From the NCBI GenBank assembly GCA_964461025.1, contig CAYWSE010000001.1:56414-120413 (forward strand): 64,000 nt of DNA, in the 5' to 3' direction. Under the pieces are notes generated by a model. It saw only the letters and a list, made by a program, of their open reading frames with translations. It had not been told where the DNA came from and ran no database searches. Both the position numbers and the translations under genes were made by a program. This DNA comes from an uncultured Sphaerobacteraceae bacterium. GTDB taxonomy: Bacteria > Chloroflexota > Chloroflexia > Thermomicrobiales > UBA6265. This document shows, piece by piece, positions 17,964 to 26,078 of this stretch (position 1 is its first letter; each line of letters starts with the position of its first letter).

Positions 17964-20255
17964 ATGGCACAAGCAACAATCGCCGGATATCCACGCATCG
18001 GCCGAAACCGCGAACTCAAATGGGCCACCGAGAAATACTGGTCAGGCAACATCGACGCCGCCACACTGCTCGAGACTGCCCGCGCTGTCCGCCACGACAA
18101 CTGGGCGATCCAATCCCGGGCCGGCATCGATCTCATTCCCATCAACGATTTCTCCCATTACGACCAGATGCTCGATATGGCCGCCCTCGTCGGCGCCGGT
18201 CTCGAGGACTACGTGGCGCCGGGCGCCATGGTCGACCTCGATGCCTATTTCCAGATGGCGCGCGGCAACGATGCCGGCGGACCTCCTCCCCTCGACATGA
18301 CAAAGTGGTTCGACACCAACTATCACTACCTGACACCGGTGATCGACGCCAACCAGCCCTTCCGGATCGCTTCTGAGAAACCCTTCACCGAGCTTTCCGA
18401 AGCAACTACCGCGGGTCATCGCGCCAAGGTCGTCCTGATTGGGCCAATCACCTTCCTGAAGCTGTCGAAAACCCGGCAGGAATCCGATCCCCTGGATCTC
18501 CTCGACGCCCTCCTGCCGGTCTATGCGGAGGTCATCGCCCGTCTCGCCGCCGGTGGCGCAGAGTGGATCGAGCTGCAGGAGCCGTCGCTCATTGCCGGAC
18601 ATGGCGCCGGACTCGAACCGCAAACCGAACGCGCCTACACCGCCATTGCCGCGGCAAAGGACGCTGCAAAACTGCTGCTTCACCTCCCGTTCGGCGACCC
18701 CGGCGACCTCCTCGACACCCTGATCGGACTACCGGTCGATGGGCTCGGCTTTGACTTCACCCGCAGCGACAATCTTGCCGCGCGAATTGCCGCGACCTCC
18801 TGGCCAGCAGACAAAACTCTTGCCGCCGGCGTCGTCGACGGTCGCAACATCTGGATCAACGATCTCGACAGCTCGTTCGCAACACTGCAACAGCTTACCT
18901 CCGTCACCGGCACTGACCAGCTGATAGTCACCTCGTCCTGTTCACTTCTCCACGTGCCGCATGACGTTCGTCTGGAGACCGGACTCGATCCAGAGCTGCT
19001 CTCCTGGTTGGCGTTTGCCGATCAGAAGCTCAACGAAATCTCCGCCCTCACCGCGGCGCTCAACAGTTCCCTCGAATCGGTTCCCGGATCAGATGCATAC
19101 CGCCGGGCGCGTGCATCCATGGCCAGTTCGCAGCGACGCCGCAACCCTGCCGTCCGCGAACGCATCAGCGCAGTTCACGACCAGCAGCGCCGCCGGTCGT
19201 CGCCATATGCGGCGCGACAGGCGATTCAGGCGACAGAACTCGGTCTGCCCCTGTTGCCAACCACGACCATCGGCTCCTTCCCACAAACAAACGATCTCCG
19301 CAAGGCACGTCGCCAGCTCGACGCCGGGACTCTCGGCCAGTCCGCCTACGACGAAATCATCGCCGCGTCGATCGCCACCACGATCGCCGAGCAGGAGAGC
19401 CTTGGTCTCGATGTCCTCGTTCATGGCGAACCCGAGCGCAACGACATGGTTCAGTACTTCGCCGAGCAGATGGAAGGATTCGCCTTCACCCGGAACGGCT
19501 GGGTACAGAGCTACGGCACGCGATGCGTCCGCCCGCCCATCATCTTCGGCGACGTCTCCCGTCCTGCCGCCATCTCGGTCCATTGGTCGCGATATGCCCA
19601 ATCGCTGACCAGCAAACCGGTCAAGGGCATGCTCACCGGTCCGGTCACCATGCTCAACTGGTCCTTCGTCCGCGACGATCAACCCCGCGCCGAAACCTGC
19701 GCGCAGATCGCTCTCGCCATCCGCGACGAAGTCGACGATCTCGTCGCCGCCGGTCTCAAAATCGTCCAGATCGACGAACCAGCCCTGCGCGAAGGGCTTC
19801 CGATCGACCACGCTCATTGGACGGCCTACCTCGAATGGGCAACCGCCTGCTTCCGGCTCGCCTCATCCAGCGCGCCAGACCTTGTCCAGATTCATACGCA
19901 TATGTGCTACAGCGATTTCGGCGACATCATCGCGGCAATCGACAACCTCGATGCCGATGTCCTCTCGATCGAAAACACCCGCTCCGGCGACGAGATGCTT
20001 GCCGTCTTCAGTGACTTCGGCTACGAACGAGGCGTTGGACCGGGCGTCTACGATGTCCACTCGCCACATGTTCCGTCAGTGGATGAAGTCACAACATCGA
20101 TTCAGTCACTGACCCACCAGCTCGATGCTCGCCAGATCTGGGTCAATCCCGATTGTGGCCTCAAAACCCGCAAACCGGAAGAAGCGCACGCGTCGCTCCG
20201 CAACATGGTCACCGCCGCCAACGCGCTCCGCCCAACCATCACGACTGATTCGTAG
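17964..20255 (+). CDS. metE: cobalamin-independent methionine synthase (5-methyltetrahydropteroyltriglutamate-homocysteine methyltransferase)
   Basis: MAQATIAGYPRIGRNRELKWATEKYW, GSFPQTNDLRKARR, HTHMCYSDF and WVNPDCGLKTR. Confidence 0.96.
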   Translation: MAQATIAGYPRIGRNRELKWATEKYWSGNIDAATLLETARAVRHDNWAIQSRAGIDLIPINDFSHYDQMLDMAALVGAGLEDYVAPGAMVDLDAYFQMARGNDAGGPPPLDMTKWFDTNYHYLTPVIDANQPFRIASEKPFTELSEATTAGHRAKVVLIGPITFLKLSKTRQESDPLDLLDALLPVYAEVIARLAAGGAEWIELQEPSLIAGHGAGLEPQTERAYTAIAAAKDAAKLLLHLPFGDPGDLLDTLIGLPVDGLGFDFTRSDNLAARIAATSWPADKTLAAGVVDGRNIWINDLDSSFATLQQLTSVTGTDQLIVTSSCSLLHVPHDVRLETGLDPELLSWLAFADQKLNEISALTAALNSSLESVPGSDAYRRARASMASSQRRRNPAVRERISAVHDQQRRRSSPYAARQAIQATELGLPLLPTTTIGSFPQTNDLRKARRQLDAGTLGQSAYDEIIAASIATTIAEQESLGLDVLVHGEPERNDMVQYFAEQMEGFAFTRNGWVQSYGTRCVRPPIIFGDVSRPAAISVHWSRYAQSLTSKPVKGMLTGPVTMLNWSFVRDDQPRAETCAQIALAIRDEVDDLVAAGLKIVQIDEPALREGLPIDHAHWTAYLEWATACFRLASSSAPDLVQIHTHMCYSDFGDIIAAIDNLDADVLSIENTRSGDEMLAVFSDFGYERGVGPGVYDVHSPHVPSVDEVTTSIQSLTHQLDARQIWVNPDCGLKTRKPEEAHASLRNMVTAANALRPTITTDS

Positions 20256-20338
20256 ACCGAGAGTCGTAGATCGTGGTTCGCAGTCCGAGGTCCGGAGTTC
20301 GTGGGTCATGAGTCGTGGGCCGGTGTTCGTTGCTCGCG
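20248..20338. repeat. degenerate heptanucleotide tandem array, 13 units (consensus GNYCGNR)
   Basis: The triplet TCG/CCG recurs every 7 nt: atTCGta gaCCGag agTCGta gaTCGtg gtTCGca gtCCGag gtCCGga gtTCGtg ggTCAtg agTCGtg ggCCGgt gtTCGtt gcTCGcg. The array begins 5 nt before the metE stop. Confidence 0.8.
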
Positions 20339-20347
20339 ACGGTCGGA

Positions 20348-20445
20348 TGTAGCTCCCGGCGCTCTGCCGGGGGATGGCCCGCAGGGCCATAGACTTCCAG
20401 GGGCATAGCGACCCATGCGAGGCCACCAAGGTCGTAGGTGGCATC
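20348..20445. repeat. degenerate relative of the REPIN-like element plus ATGGCCC-GCA-GGGCCAT palindrome
   Basis: TGTAGCTCCCGGCGCTCTGCCGGG matches the left terminus of the 10241 and 51479 elements. The remainder has diverged. Confidence 0.5.
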
Positions 20446-20466
20446 TTGTTATCGCCCTGAGGTTGT

Positions 20467-20515
20467 CGTAGTTAGTAATCCGTAGTCAACAGATCACCAT
20501 CCACCATCCACCAAA
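20467..20515. repeat. composite heptamer array (CGTAGTY-type then CACCATC-type units)
   Basis: The units read cgtagtt agtaatc cgtagtc aacagat caccatc caccatc caccaaa. The array at 28685-28747 has the same architecture. Confidence 0.75.
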
Positions 20516-20521
20516 AATACA

Positions 20522-20548
20522 TTGACCCGGCCATGATGGCCGGGTCAA
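20522..20548 (-). terminator. hairpin, probable terminator for the TerC-family gene
   Basis: 11-bp stem TTGACCCGGCC-ATGAT-GGCCGGGTCAA. On the minus strand it is followed by ATGTATTTTT. Confidence 0.45.
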
Positions 20549-20674
20549 TGCGGGAAGGGGAGGGTGGAGCGTGTGCGGCGCTCCACTGGGCTTGGGAGAG
20601 AGATCAGTATGTACTGATGCTCTCGACCCTATATACGCCGCCCCTTTCAGTTTGGTTTTATGACTGGATTTGCG

Positions 20675-21370
20675 TCAGAGTGGCGCGGTTTCACCGGTAT
20701 TAAAACCTGCTTCGTGGAGCGCCTGCCGGTGCAGCCGCCACCCATACAGGCACACCAGAGCCGCCAGCGTCAATGCGACGACCGCCACCACACCCGGCGG
20801 AGCCGCATAGATCTCATGTACGCGTTTGTCGTGGAAGAACATCCTCACCGCCGTCACCACCAGAATACTCGCCCCCACATAGACGAGAATCGGCAACCGG
20901 CCCATCAACCGCGCCACAATCGAGCTGCCGAACAGCAGTATCGGTATCGAGAGCCCCAGCCCAAAGAGCAGCAACCACAAATCCCCATGCGCGGCCCCTC
21001 CCACGGCGAGGATATTGTCCAGACTCATCACCACGTCGGCCAGAATGATCGTTTGAATCGCCTCCCTCAGGTTCGAGGCTTCCGTCACATGCTCATCATG
21101 CGAAATCGGTCGCACCAGCTTGAAGGCAATGTAGAGCAGCAGGAATGCTCCGACCGCCTGCAAAAGCGGAATGTCGAGCAACAGCGCTGCGAGAACTGTA
21201 AAAAGTACCCGCAGCGCCACCGCGCCGACGCCGCCCAGCACGATCGCCCGTCTCCGGGCTTCAGGTGGCAACGACCGCGACGCCATACCGATGACCACCG
21301 CGTTGTCCCCCGACAACACGAGATCGATCACGATAATCGCGCCAAGTTTGGTAAGAAGATCAAGATCCAT
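20675..21370 (-). CDS. TerC-family integral membrane protein
   Basis: Duplicated motifs DLVLSGDNAVVIG and DVVMSLDNILAVG, with multiple TM helices. Confidence 0.85.
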   Translation of the reverse strand: MDLDLLTKLGAIIVIDLVLSGDNAVVIGMASRSLPPEARRRAIVLGGVGAVALRVLFTVLAALLLDIPLLQAVGAFLLLYIAFKLVRPISHDEHVTEASNLREAIQTIILADVVMSLDNILAVGGAAHGDLWLLLFGLGLSIPILLFGSSIVARLMGRLPILVYVGASILVVTAVRMFFHDKRVHEIYAAPPGVVAVVALTLAALVCLYGWRLHRQALHEAGFNTGETAPL

Positions 21371-21377
21371 AGTTACT

Positions 21378-21398
21378 TAGGCAATAGGCAATAGGCAG
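21378..21398. repeat. heptamer array TAGGCAA x3
   Basis: The units read taggcaa taggcaa taggcag. The array lies 7 nt upstream of the TerC start codon and is the inverse complement of the 21485-21554 array. Confidence 0.85.
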
Positions 21399-21484
21399 AA
21401 GTAATCGATATCTGTCAGCTGCCAACTGGATCGACATCTCCCACCTCCGGACCTCAGTCTGGGATGACCAGTACCCGGGTACTT

Positions 21485-21554
21485 TTGCCTATTGCCCATT
21501 GCCTATTGCCTATTGCCTATTGCCTATTGCCTATTGCCTATTGCCCAGTGCCTA
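21485..21554. repeat. heptamer array TTGCCTA x10
   Basis: There are 8 TTGCCTA/TTGCCCA-type units plus GTGCCTA in perfect register. The last unit contains the ctaB stop codon (cta at 21552-21554, minus strand). Confidence 0.9.
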
Positions 21555-22523
21555 GCCCCCCAACACCATCCGGTCAACCACCATCGCCGCGAATATGAGG
21601 GCCAGGTACCAGAGTGAATAGAAGAAGGTCAAACGCGCAAAATGCTTCGAGCCGGTCCGGTAGAGCTGAACGACCAGCAGCAGAAAAATCGCGTTCAGCA
21701 CGATCGCTGACACGAAGTAAATCTCGCCCAGCCCAAACGGTGTCAGGAGAAACGACACCGCTACCATCAGCAACGTGTACAACAGAATCTGTCGCCGTGT
21801 TTCCATCTCGCCGGCGACGACTGGCAACATCGGAACATCCGCCCGCCCGTAGTCACCTCGTTTCAACAGCGCCAGAGCCCACGAATGCGGGGGCGTCCAG
21901 TAATAGATCAGCGCGAACATCAATACCGGAGCAATCCCCACACTCCCCGACACCGCAGCCCACCCGACCACTGGCGGCATTGCCCCTGCGGCGCCGCCGA
22001 TGACGATATTCTGCGTGGTGCGGCGTTTCAGATAATAGGTGTACACAACGACGTAGTAGAAGCACCCCACCAGCGCCAGCGCCGCAGCCAGCCAGTTCGT
22101 GAAGATCCCCAGAATCAGCGTCGACAGAATTGTCAGGACGATGCCAAAAATCAGGACATTCTGGGCTGGAATCTTGCCGGACGCCGATGGCCGGTGCTTG
22201 GTGCGCGCCATCAGCTTATCGATATCCCGGTCGATGTAGCAGTTCAGCACATTCGCGCCGCCCGCTGAAAGGACACCGCCGATCAGCCCCCAGAAGACGA
22301 TCGAGAAGTCCGGGAACCCCTTCGCAGCGCACATCATCCCGGCCAGCATCGTCACCAGCAGCAGGCTGAGAATGCCCGGCTTGGTTAACGTAACATAATC
22401 TGAAATCGTTTCGAGAACGCCACTCCGCTGCACAAGCGCCGTTTCGGCAGGAGGAGCCTGCTCAGGAACCGCTGCCTGTTGCACCGGTCTCTCGAACGCT
22501 GGTGCCGAACTGTTCGATGTCAT
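21552..22523 (-). CDS. ctaB: protoheme IX farnesyltransferase (heme O synthase)
   Basis: [36 protein letters not shown] and [13 protein letters not shown]. The start is taken at MTSNSS (22523). The longer ORF to 22661 is unlikely. Confidence 0.85.
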   Translation of the reverse strand: MTSNSSAPAFERPVQQAAVPEQAPPAETALVQRSGVLETISDYVTLTKPGILSLLLVTMLAGMMCAAKGFPDFSIVFWGLIGGVLSAGGANVLNCYIDRDIDKLMARTKHRPSASGKIPAQNVLIFGIVLTILSTLILGIFTNWLAAALALVGCFYYVVVYTYYLKRRTTQNIVIGGAAGAMPPVVGWAAVSGSVGIAPVLMFALIYYWTPPHSWALALLKRGDYGRADVPMLPVVAGEMETRRQILLYTLLMVAVSFLLTPFGLGEIYFVSAIVLNAIFLLLVVQLYRTGSKHFARLTFFYSLWYLALIFAAMVVDRMVLGG

Positions 22524-22666
22524 TGAGCGAATCCGGAATCGATCGGGGAGCAGGATCAGCAATCGCTTCTTCATCTCGACAGAGAAACGATCGCCCCTCA
22601 TTCTAACCCGCCCCACGCCATCCGGCGAAATCCACCACCAGCCGTTCCCTCCGACCCGCAATCCTT

Positions 22667-22698
22667 GCCGACTTGCCGCCTCGCCGACTTGCCGCCTC
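22667..22698. repeat. perfect 16-bp tandem duplication GCCGACTTGCCGCCTC x2
   Basis: The two units are identical and adjacent, ending 16 nt upstream of ATG 22715. Confidence 0.9.
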
Positions 22699-22714
22699 GT
22701 ACTATCCTGATCCC

Positions 22715-24190
22715 ATGCCTGAGCTCTACCCCGGTCGCGTCCGCGCTCCAGACTTCCCGCCCGGTCTGCAATGGGTCAACTCGCCGCCCCTGTCCATCAC
22801 CGCCCTGCGCGGCAAACTCGTCGTCCTCGATTTCTGGACCACCTGCTGCATCAACTGCATCCACATCCTGCCCCACATGCACCGTCTCGCCGAAGAACTC
22901 GGCCCCGAGGTCGTGGTCGTCGGCGTCCATTCCCCCAAATTCCCTGCCGAAACCGACCCAGCCTTCCTCGAGCAGTCAGTTCGCCTCAATCACGTCACCC
23001 ATCCTGTCGTCAACGACCACGACATGGACATCTGGCAACAGTTCGGCGTCAATGCCTGGCCGACCCTCATCTTCATCGACCCTGCCGGCTACGTCTTCGC
23101 CCGCCACGCCGGCGAGTTCGAATACGAACCGATGCGCGATGCCGTCGCCGCCCTCGTCGAGCAGTACCGGCAGTCCGGACTCATCTCGGACAAACCGCTC
23201 CCAGCCCTGCCAACCGCGACACAAACGACAGGACCGCTCGCCTTTCCCGGAAAACTCCTGGCGCACCCTGAATCTGACCGTCTCTTCGTTGCCGATTCCG
23301 GGCACAACCAGATCGTCGTCGCCACACTCGACGGCACCATCCTTCACCGCATCGGCTCTGGAGAACCCGGGTTCACCGACGGTTCCGCCAACGATGCCCA
23401 ATTTCAGAATCCGCAGGGAGTCGCGCTCGACCCAACCGGCGACACACTCTACGTCGCCGATCCAGGCAACCACGCCCTCCGCACCATCGACCTCGCTTCC
23501 GGCGATGTCACCACACTCGCCGGAACCGGAAAGAGGGGAGCAGACGACACTGCGGGGCCCGGTCGCGACATCTTTCTCGCTTCACCCTGGGATCTTGTCT
23601 GGCACGACGACCGACTCTGGATCGCCATGGCCGGCATGCACCAGATCTGGACCTGTGATCCCGCCACCGGCATCGTCACCCCGGCCGCCGGCACCGGCGC
23701 CGAGTCGATCCACGATGGACCGCTTGCCGAAGCGACCTTCGCTCAGCCGATGGGCATCACCTCGGATGGCGACGTCCTCTACGTCGCCGACAGCGAATCG
23801 AGCGCCGTCCGCCGCATCGATCCCCGAAACGACCGAGTCCGCCGTCTCGTCGGTCGCGGTCTCTTCCATTTCGGCGATCTCGACGCCCGTGGCGACAGCG
23901 TCCGCCTGCAACACGTCCAGGCCGTCGTCTCTCTCGGCGACGCCGTCTACCTCGCCGACACTTACAACAACAAGATCAAACGCCTCGACCCGCTCACTCG
24001 CGCCGTCACCACCATCGCCGGAACCGGAGAACCAGAATTACTCGATGGTCCCGCCGACGATGCCGCCTTCTCCCTCCCCAGCGGCCTCGCCGCCACCCCA
24101 GCCGCCATCTACATCGCCGACACCAACAACCACGCCATCCGCCGCCTCGACCTCGCCACCCTTCAGGTCGAAGCCCTCATCCCTCACTAG
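22715..24190 (+). CDS. thioredoxin-like domain plus NHL-repeat beta-propeller protein
   Basis: N-terminal redoxin fold (GKLVVLDFWTTCCINCIHILP). At least five NHL blades follow (LFVADSGHNQIVV, LYVADPGNHALRTIDL, LYVADSESSAVRRIDP, VYLADTYNNKIKRLDP, IYIADTNNHAIRRLDL). Confidence 0.82.
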   Translation: MPELYPGRVRAPDFPPGLQWVNSPPLSITALRGKLVVLDFWTTCCINCIHILPHMHRLAEELGPEVVVVGVHSPKFPAETDPAFLEQSVRLNHVTHPVVNDHDMDIWQQFGVNAWPTLIFIDPAGYVFARHAGEFEYEPMRDAVAALVEQYRQSGLISDKPLPALPTATQTTGPLAFPGKLLAHPESDRLFVADSGHNQIVVATLDGTILHRIGSGEPGFTDGSANDAQFQNPQGVALDPTGDTLYVADPGNHALRTIDLASGDVTTLAGTGKRGADDTAGPGRDIFLASPWDLVWHDDRLWIAMAGMHQIWTCDPATGIVTPAAGTGAESIHDGPLAEATFAQPMGITSDGDVLYVADSESSAVRRIDPRNDRVRRLVGRGLFHFGDLDARGDSVRLQHVQAVVSLGDAVYLADTYNNKIKRLDPLTRAVTTIAGTGEPELLDGPADDAAFSLPSGLAATPAAIYIADTNNHAIRRLDLATLQVEALIPH

Positions 24191-24204
24191 TCCATTCGCA
24201 CCGT

Positions 24205-24389
24205 AAACCGTACACATCGACCCTCAACTGCCCAACCGTACGCATCGACCTCATCCGCCAACCGTACGCATCGACCTCCGTGTCGATGCCCTACCACCCG
24301 AGGCCATACGCATTGACCCTCACCAGCCCAACGTGCGCATCGATCTCATCCGCCAACCGTACGCATCGACCTCCGTGTCGATGCCCTAC
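24205..24389. repeat. REP-like array, family B (two full hairpins plus four half-sites)
   Basis: Full GTACGCATCGACCTCCGTGTCGATGCCCTAC hairpins lie at 24264-24294 and 24359-24389. CGTACGCATCGACCTC-type half-sites lie between them. Confidence 0.88.
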
Positions 24390-24412
24390 CACCCAGTCCA
24401 TAATCCCCCTCT

Positions 24413-24891
24413 ATGGACGACCTCCTCAACCACCCCCGCGACAAGCGCCGCCTCCCCGACTGTGCATACGCGGTCCCCGGCTCCGCCTGGCACATCACCA
24501 TCGGCACACACGATCCAGGCTCCCGCCCGCTCTCCGAACCTAATCTCGCGCTTCACCTGGGCAGTTCACTCGCCGAATCCGCACGCTATCACAGCGCCAT
24601 CCTGCACCTGTGGTGCGTCATGCCCACGCACGCCCACGTCATCATCGAAGTCCGCGAGATCGATCTCCGCACCCTCGTCAAATCAATGAAAATGTGGTCA
24701 ACGCGTGTCTGGTGGAAACTCGGTGGGGAGGGGTACTCTGGCACAAGAGCTTCTACGATCACGGCATCCGGGGACAACGCGACTTCGACGCCACGATCCG
24801 CTACATCCTCGAAAATCCCGTCAAAGAGGGACTCGTCGAAACATGGGAAGATTTTCCCGCTCTGGGTGGCGCGATCCTGTCAGGTGAGTAA
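24413..24891 (+). pseudogene. IS200-like/REP-associated tyrosine transposase (RAYT-like), -1 frameshift in a G-run near 24730-24733
   Basis: The N-terminal frame carries the HUH motif (CVMPTHAHVIIEV). The C-terminal part continues in another frame (VLWHKSFYDHGIRGQRDFDATIRYILENPVKEGLV) with the catalytic-Tyr context. The junction lies in GGTGGGGAGGGG. Confidence 0.72.
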
Positions 24892-24909
24892 CCGCAGCAA
24901 GCGGCAGCT

Positions 24910-25051
24910 ATGGCCCTGCGGGGCCATCCATCGACACGGAGGTCGATGGCTACGGAGAAAACGCGCGTACGCATCGACCTCCGCCGTCTCACCGTACGCA
25001 TCGACCTCCGCCGCCTGACCGTACGCATCGACCTCCGTGTCGATGCCCTAC
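24910..25051. repeat. REP-like array, family B, downstream flank of the RAYT pseudogene
   Basis: ATGGCCC-TGCG-GGGCCAT palindrome at 24910-24927. Inverted-orientation hairpin at 24928-24953. Two half-sites. A full hairpin at 25021-25051. Confidence 0.85.
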
Positions 25052-25060
25052 GCCTGGGTT

Positions 25061-25429
25061 CTATGGCGCTCTCAGGATCTTCTCCATCTTCTTCCCCTTT
25101 GCCAGCTCATCGATCAGCTTGTCCAGGTAGCGAATCTCCTGCATCAACGGTTCCTCGATCTCCTCGACCCGCACCCCACAAATCACCCCCTTGATCAGAT
25201 CGCGGTTCGGATTCATCGCCGGCGCCTCAGTGAAAAACGCCTCGAAGCTCGTCCCATCTTCCAGCTTCGTCTCGAGCTCCTTCTGGCTGTACCCCGTCAG
25301 CCACCGGAAAATCTCGTCGACCTCGTCCTTCGTGCGACCCTTCTTCTCCGCCTTGGTGATGTAATGCGGATACACCCCTCCCACACTCATCGCATACACC
25401 CGCTTTAGCGTCTTTTCATCGGTCTTCAC
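25061..25429 (-). CDS. DUF2200-family protein
   Basis: [35 protein letters not shown]...[37 protein letters not shown] matches the DUF2200 pattern as I remember it. Confidence 0.75.
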   Translation of the reverse strand: MKTDEKTLKRVYAMSVGGVYPHYITKAEKKGRTKDEVDEIFRWLTGYSQKELETKLEDGTSFEAFFTEAPAMNPNRDLIKGVICGVRVEEIEEPLMQEIRYLDKLIDELAKGKKMEKILRAP

Positions 25430-25514
25430 TGCATCCTCCTTCGCTCAATACTGACTGGAACGACGATCCGTAGTGGACAGCACCTCTCACCCCGAAGGGG
25501 TTTTGTGGCCTCAG

Positions 25515-25537
25515 CCCGGTGTTTCAACACCGGATGC
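25515..25537. repeat. REP-like hairpin, family C (CCCGGTGTTTCAACACCGGATGC)
   Basis: 6-bp stem CCGGTG/CACCGG. A second copy with similar flanks lies at 26083-26105. Confidence 0.7.
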
Positions 25538-25557
25538 CACGTCCACGAACACCCGGC

Positions 25558-26004
25558 CTACTCGCTCGCCGCCGACCCGTCCCACAACGTCGTCCGCTCC
25601 GTGATCTCCACCACGTTCCCGTCCGGATCGTCCACATAAATCGCCCGGTTCCCCTTACCGAACTCCCAGCCGGACTCGACCTCGTGACCCATCATCTCCA
25701 GCCGCGCCTGCATCTGGTCGAGCGTCCCCACTGGCACCCTGATCGCAAAATGCACGTGCGCGCCACCCCGGCCCCGGTGAATCGCCTTCTCTCCGCCCGT
25801 TTCCACCGGCCACAGCCCGAGAAATCCCTCGCGACCAAGGGACAAGAACACCGCTTCCCGCTCCTCATCCCAGCGATCCGCCACTCGCAACCCCAGCGCC
25901 TCGGTATAGAACGCCTCCGACGCCGCCAGATCGCTCACCTCCAACACCATCTCGAACAAACCGATAGCCGGTGGCGAAGCAGGTAGATCGAATGGTGTGC
26001 GCAT
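25558..26004 (-). CDS. VOC/glyoxalase-family protein
   Basis: FEMVLEVSDLAASEAFYTEALGL, HVHFAIRVP and IYVDDPDGNVVEI. Confidence 0.75.
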   Translation of the reverse strand: MRTPFDLPASPPAIGLFEMVLEVSDLAASEAFYTEALGLRVADRWDEEREAVFLSLGREGFLGLWPVETGGEKAIHRGRGGAHVHFAIRVPVGTLDQMQARLEMMGHEVESGWEFGKGNRAIYVDDPDGNVVEITERTTLWDGSAASE

Positions 26005-26078
26005 GTTGCTCCTCACGTTGATCAAACGGAATCCTGATGGAATCACCACGACATCGGCCCGGCAAGGGCTTTGTGCCG

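Noticed and set aside
21399-21484. A yybP-ykoY (Mn) riboswitch call for the TerC leader.
   Set aside because: Context makes the riboswitch plausible, but I could not confidently align the conserved GGGGAGUAG and 3' motifs by eye. It is kept only as a hypothesis inside a finding and needs a covariance-model search.
24205-24389. Repeated CGTACGCATCGACCTC units, which at first glance resemble a small CRISPR array.
   Set aside because: The spacing is irregular (about 10-65 nt). The units alternate between half-sites and full hairpins. The same units are dispersed at 2706-2832 and 24910-25051. No cas genes are present, and a RAYT-type transposase sits between the arrays.
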